The translations under genes were made by a program, and so were the position numbers. From assembly GCA_038320275.1 (NCBI GenBank), contig JBBQEB010000131.1, forward strand, positions 1 to 10,751: a stretch of DNA of 10,751 bases, written 5' to 3'. Under the pieces are notes generated by a model. The model was not told the DNA's origin, searched no databases, and saw nothing but the letters and a program-made list of their open reading frames with translations. This document shows positions 6,745 through 10,751 of this stretch, piece after piece. This DNA is from Myxococcales bacterium (GTDB lineage Bacteria > Myxococcota > Myxococcia > Myxococcales > Anaeromyxobacteraceae). Numbering within the stretch: position 1 is the stretch's first letter; each line of letters begins with the position of its first letter.

Positions 6745-6757
6745 CCCCTTCACCCCG

Positions 6758-8260
6758 ATGCCCCCCACCTCCCGCGCCTCGCTCGGCCGCAAGCTGCTCC
6801 TCGCCGTGGGGCTCCCGTTCCTGGCGCTGTCGCTCGCCGGGATCGGCTGGCTCCGGTACGAGACGAGCGACGTGGCGCCCGGCGTCTGGGGCGGCGTGCT
6901 CGCCTTCCTGGCGGGTCTCGCCCTCGCCACCGCGGCGCTGCACGTCTTCGCGGTGCGCCTGCTCCTGGAGGCGCCGCTGGCGCGCATCGTGGCCTCGCTC
7001 CGGCGGGCGGAACGTGGCGACTTCCTCCTGCGGGTCCCGGTGGAGTCGGGGGACGAGCTGGGCGAGCTCGCGGCCGGGATCAACACCGCCCTCGCCGCCA
7101 TCACCGATCTCCACGCCAACCGGCTGGAGGACGCCCGCTCCATCGAGTTCATGCGCCTCGAGCTCGAGCTCAAGGCGCAGATCGAGGCCCAGCACACCCT
7201 GCTCGACCAGGCCAATCGCCGCCTGGAAGCGCGCCTGCGCGAGCTCACCCTGCTCGCCGACCTGGCGCGCACCATGACCTCCACGCTCCGGCTGGACGAG
7301 CTGCTGCGGCGGGTGGTGGACCTCGTGGGAGGCACGCTGGGACACGAGGCCTTCGCGGTGCTGCTCGTCGACGAGCGGGCCGGCGACCTGGTGGTGGGGA
7401 GCGCCTTCGGCGTCGATCCCTCGGTCGAGGGCTCGCGCATGAAGATCGGCGAGGGCATCGCCGGCTGGGCCGTGCAGCACAAGGAGATGCAGCTCGTGCG
7501 GGACACGCGGATCGACCGGCGCTTCCCGGCGCACTTCTGGACGGCGGGCCAGCAGGGCTCGCTGCTGGCGCTCCCGCTCCTCCATCAGGACGCCTGCCTG
7601 GGCACCTTCGACTTCTTCCGCCCTACGGTGGACGCGTTCGGGGAGGAGGAAGTTCGCTTCCTCCAGGCGGTGGCGAGCCAGGCGGCGATGGCCATCGCCA
7701 ACGCGCGGCTCCACGAGCGCTCGGTGGAGCTGTCGCTCACGGACCCGCTCACCGGCCTGCGCAACCGGCGCGCCTTCCGGGAGCGCGTGGAGGCGGAGCT
7801 GGACCGGTCGGGCCGCTTTGCGCATCCCTTCGCGGTGGCGCTGCTCGACGTGGACGACCTGGGGGCGCTGGGCGAGCGGCATGGTCAGCTCGCCGCCGAC
7901 GCGGTGGTGCGCCGGGTGGCGGGGCTCCTCGCCTCGGGGCTCCGCAAGGCCGACACGGTGGCCCGGCACCGCGAGTTCGCGCTGCTCCTTCCGCGCGCGG
8001 ACCGGCAGGCGGCGCTGGAGGTGGTGGAGAAGCTGCGGGCAATCGTGAGCGGCGCGGCGTTCTCGCTGGGGGACGAGGCCGCCTGCCACGTCAGCCTGAG
8101 CGCGGGGGTCTCCTCCTATCCAGGGGACGCCGGCGACGTGGACGCGCTCCTCGATTGCGCCGACGCGGCGCTCTCGGCCGCGAAGCGGGCCGGGCGGGAT
8201 CGCGCCCTGGCTCATGGAGGCGGGATGCGCAGCGACCCCGCGCGGGACGGGGCCTCATAA
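6758..8260 (+). CDS. Membrane 2TM-HAMP-coiled coil-GAF-GGDEF protein with degenerate active site (probable c-di-GMP receptor), 500 aa
   Basis: Two hydrophobic segments; HAMP (PLARIVASLRRAERGDFLLRVPVESGDELGELAAGINT); GAF (KIGEGIAGWAV...DRRF...SLLALPL...AVASQAAMAIANARL); TDPLTGLRNRRAF wide turn; DVD; RKAD I-site; SLSAGVSSYP; ADAALSAAKRAGRDR. GG(D/E)EF is replaced by HREF. Confidence 0.93.
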   Translation: MPPTSRASLGRKLLLAVGLPFLALSLAGIGWLRYETSDVAPGVWGGVLAFLAGLALATAALHVFAVRLLLEAPLARIVASLRRAERGDFLLRVPVESGDELGELAAGINTALAAITDLHANRLEDARSIEFMRLELELKAQIEAQHTLLDQANRRLEARLRELTLLADLARTMTSTLRLDELLRRVVDLVGGTLGHEAFAVLLVDERAGDLVVGSAFGVDPSVEGSRMKIGEGIAGWAVQHKEMQLVRDTRIDRRFPAHFWTAGQQGSLLALPLLHQDACLGTFDFFRPTVDAFGEEEVRFLQAVASQAAMAIANARLHERSVELSLTDPLTGLRNRRAFRERVEAELDRSGRFAHPFAVALLDVDDLGALGERHGQLAADAVVRRVAGLLASGLRKADTVARHREFALLLPRADRQAALEVVEKLRAIVSGAAFSLGDEAACHVSLSAGVSSYPGDAGDVDALLDCADAALSAAKRAGRDRALAHGGGMRSDPARDGAS

Positions 8261-8276
8261 TTGATGTTCTGGCTCC

Positions 8277-8312
8277 ACCGCCCGGCGCGCCGCTCCGCGG
8301 ACGGCGGGCGGT
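8277..8312. terminator. Hairpin between the convergent GGDEF and coiled-coil genes
   Basis: ACCGCCCG (8277-8284) pairs with CGGGCGGT (8305-8312), with further internal pairing possible around TCCGCGGA. No clear U-tract. Confidence 0.4.
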
Positions 8313-8327
8313 CGCGGGATCATCGCC

Positions 8328-10751
8328 TCACCCCTCCCGGTTTCCGCCGTCCTCGCCCGGGGGCGGAGTTGGCGGTGCGACGACCGGGGGAAGCGGGCGC
8401 AGCGCGCCGCCCGCGCGCAGCCGCTGGATCTCCAGCTCCGCCACCCGGAGCTGCCGCGAACGCTCCTGCAGCCCGGCCTGCAGCCGCTGCGCCTCCTGGA
8501 CCCGCATCTCGTCCCGGCGCGAGAGCTCTTCGCCAAAGCGCGCCTGTGCGTCGGCGAGGGCCCGCAGCGCCCGGGCGTCCGCCTCCTTCCGCTCCTGGGC
8601 CATGGCGGTCGATCGGCGGCTCGCCTCGGCCAGCTTCGCCTCTGCGCTCTGCGTCCGGGCGGCCAGTTCCCGCTCGAGCCGCGCCCGGGCTTCCCCGACC
8701 TCCGCGAGGGCAATCTGGAGTCGCTTGGCCTCCTCGGTCGCGGCGCCCTGCACGTCGGCCAGCCGGCGCCCGGAGGCATCGACCGCGGCCGAGAGCTCGT
8801 CGATCCGGCCTCGCGCCGCGTCGAGCTCCCCCCGCAGCCCGCCCTCCATGCGGCCCGCCTCCGAGCGCGCCGCCGACAGCGCCGCCTCCAGCTCGGATGC
8901 TCTCGCGCCGAGCGCGTCGCGCTGGGCCGACGCCTCGGTGGCGAGCGCCGTCCGCGCGCTCTCCGCGTCGGCCAGGCGGGCGTTCGACTCGCCCAGCCGG
9001 GCCTCCAGCCGCTCGCGGGCCTCGCGCTGGTGCGCGAGCTCGGACTCGAGCTCCTCCAGCCGCCCCTCGACCACCTTCGCGTCCGCGGCGCGGCCCTCCA
9101 CGGCCGCGGCCTCGCGCCGCTCGGCGGCGGCGATGGCCTCCGCGCGGGCGGCCAGTTCCTTCTGCAGCGCCTCCTCGCGGCGCGCGCGCTCGGCGGCGGC
9201 AGCGTCGAAGCGGCGGTCGAGCTCGGCGGCCGCCTCGGCCTTCTGCCCGAGCTCCTCCAGCAGCTCCGCCTCGCGCCGGTCGCGGTCGCTCCCGAGCGCC
9301 TCTAGCTTCCCGCGCCAGGAGTCCTCCGCGTCGGCATGGGCCTGGATCTCCTCGGTGAGCTCCGCCTCGAGCCGTGCGCGGGCCTCCCCGAGCGCGCGCG
9401 CGTCCGCCCGGGCGTGCTCCGCCTCGTCCTCGCGCGCCCGCACGGCCCCCAGGGCCACGTCGAGCTCGCCCGTGATGACCTCCGCGTGCGCGCGAAGCTC
9501 GTCGCGCTCGCGGGTGGCCGAGTCGAAGCTGGCGGCCGTCTCCTCGGCGCGTTGCGCTTCCTCCTCCACGCGCGCCGCGAGCTCCGCCTCGCGCGCCACC
9601 GCCGCAGCGACCGCCCCCTCGTGCTCCTGCCGCGCCGCCGCGGCGGTCCGCTCGTGGTCCTCTCGCGCCGCCGCGAGCTCGCCGCGCGCCGCCTCCAGCC
9701 CCTCGGAGAGCTCACGCCCTCGGTCCTCCAGCTCGGCGACCCGCCGCTCCGATTCTCGCGAGAGGCCGTCCAGCGCACGCCGCGTATCGTCGAGGTCGCG
9801 CCGCGCCGAGCCGAGCGCATCCTCCAGCTCGGCCCGCTGGGCCGCCGCTGCTCCGGCCGCCTCCTCCGCCGCGCGGTGCGCCTCCTCTGCCGCCTGGAAC
9901 GTCGCGGTGAGGCGGCCGTCGAGCTCGCTCTCGCGCTCGCGCCCCAGGCGCTGCACCTGCTCCAGCGTCCTGCCCAGCCGCTCGACCTCGGCCTGCGCCG
10001 CGTCGCGCCCGGACCGCGCGAGGGTTTCCGCCTCGCGCTCTGCTGCCAGGGCCGCCTCCAGCTCGCCGGCGCGGGCCCGCTCGCGCTCGTGCGCCGAGCC
10101 CAGCTCCGCCAGGCGCCCCTCCGCCGAGGTGCGCTCGGCGTCGAGGACCTGGGTGAGCTGCCCGATCTCGGAGCGCGCGCTCTCGACTGTCGCACAGAGC
10201 GTGCGCTCGCTCTCGCTCAGCCTCTCCCCCTCCGCGGCAAAGCGGGCGCGCTCGCCCTCGGTCGCGCTCAGCCTCTCCTCCAGCTCCGCAGCCCGGGCGC
10301 GTTCGGCCTCGAGCGACCCGCTCCGCTCGGCGAGCTGGCGCTCCAGCGCGTCGATGAAGGCCCCCCGCTCGGCGAGGCGCGCGTCGCGCTCCTCCACCGC
10401 CCGCCCCAGGGCAGCCCACTCGGCGCGAGCGGTCTCCAGCGCCACCGCCCGGCGCGCCAGCTCCTCCTCCGCTCCGGCCAGCCGGGCCCCGAGCTCCTCC
10501 TCGCTGCCTCTCCGAGCCTCGCGCTCGCTGGCGAGCTCCTCATCGAGCTCCCGCCCGCGGGCGATCCCCGCGTCGCGCTCACCGACCAGCTGGGCCTCAC
10601 GCCCGCTCGCCTCGGCGAGGAGCGCAGCGTGCTCTTCCCACCGCCGGGAGAGCTCCTGGCGGTGCTCCTCGCCGCGCAGCTCGAGCTCGGCCTGAGCCGC
10701 CTCGACGTCCCCCTCCAGCTCGCCGGTGCGCTGCAGCCCTTCCGACACCAC
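8328..10751 (-). CDS. Long coiled-coil protein, C-terminal >=807 aa (5' end outside window); AglZ-like candidate
   Basis: Open frame to the window edge, extremely Glu/Ala/Arg/Leu-rich with heptad-like periodicity and no Pro until a short C-terminal Pro-rich tail. No SMC ABC-signature or Walker B motif at the C-terminus. The AglZ label is an inference from architecture and context only. Confidence 0.85.
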   Translation of the reverse strand: MVSEGLQRTGELEGDVEAAQAELELRGEEHRQELSRRWEEHAALLAEASGREAQLVGERDAGIARGRELDEELASEREARRGSEEELGARLAGAEEELARRAVALETARAEWAALGRAVEERDARLAERGAFIDALERQLAERSGSLEAERARAAELEERLSATEGERARFAAEGERLSESERTLCATVESARSEIGQLTQVLDAERTSAEGRLAELGSAHERERARAGELEAALAAEREAETLARSGRDAAQAEVERLGRTLEQVQRLGRERESELDGRLTATFQAAEEAHRAAEEAAGAAAAQRAELEDALGSARRDLDDTRRALDGLSRESERRVAELEDRGRELSEGLEAARGELAAAREDHERTAAAARQEHEGAVAAAVAREAELAARVEEEAQRAEETAASFDSATRERDELRAHAEVITGELDVALGAVRAREDEAEHARADARALGEARARLEAELTEEIQAHADAEDSWRGKLEALGSDRDRREAELLEELGQKAEAAAELDRRFDAAAAERARREEALQKELAARAEAIAAAERREAAAVEGRAADAKVVEGRLEELESELAHQREARERLEARLGESNARLADAESARTALATEASAQRDALGARASELEAALSAARSEAGRMEGGLRGELDAARGRIDELSAAVDASGRRLADVQGAATEEAKRLQIALAEVGEARARLERELAARTQSAEAKLAEASRRSTAMAQERKEADARALRALADAQARFGEELSRRDEMRVQEAQRLQAGLQERSRQLRVAELEIQRLRAGGALRPLPPVVAPPTPPPGEDGGNREG

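Noticed and set aside
7841..7900. Hypr-type (cGAMP-making) GGDEF
   Set aside because: The specificity position keeps Asp (AAD) rather than Ser, and the catalytic loop is absent anyway.
4224..8215. Other long overlapping ORFs (4224-5876 +, 5728-7506 -, 5789-8215 -, 5985-7277 +)
   Set aside because: Antisense or alternative-frame shadows of tsaP, pgeF and the GGDEF gene, each of which has clear family motifs.
6196..10695. 1499-aa plus-strand ORF
   Set aside because: Ser/Ala/Arg low-complexity shadow of the coiled-coil gene and pgeF plus an off-frame reading of the GGDEF gene; no domain signal.
8328..10751. SMC/SbcC ATPase or phage tape-measure annotation for the coiled-coil gene
   Set aside because: The visible C-terminus has no ABC signature or Walker B motif, no hinge is seen, and there are no phage genes nearby.

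Overview
Very GC-rich bacterial chromosomal window; gene content and order suggest Myxococcota (Anaeromyxobacter/Myxococcus-like), which is an inference. A minus-strand run pgeF(yfiH) -> tsaP-like LysM protein -> dprA -> topA -> trmFO (partial) is interrupted between topA and trmFO by a plus-strand DksA/TraR C4 zinc-finger gene. Divergent from pgeF is a 2TM-HAMP-GAF-GGDEF gene, which converges on the 3' part of a very long coiled-coil gene (AglZ-like candidate). No RNA genes, mobile elements or CRISPR arrays were seen. The main oddities are: (i) the GGDEF domain has lost its GG(D/E)EF loop (VARHREF) and other active-site residues but keeps the RxxD I-site, so it is a likely membrane c-di-GMP receptor beside pilus and motility-type genes; (ii) the DksA-like protein has an ExxExA tip and lacks most ppGpp site-2 residues; (iii) TopA has an N-terminal Lys/Ala-rich tail; (iv) a (G/T)CGACC(C) repeat array containing a canonical G-quadruplex motif lies between tsaP and a sigma70-like dprA promoter.
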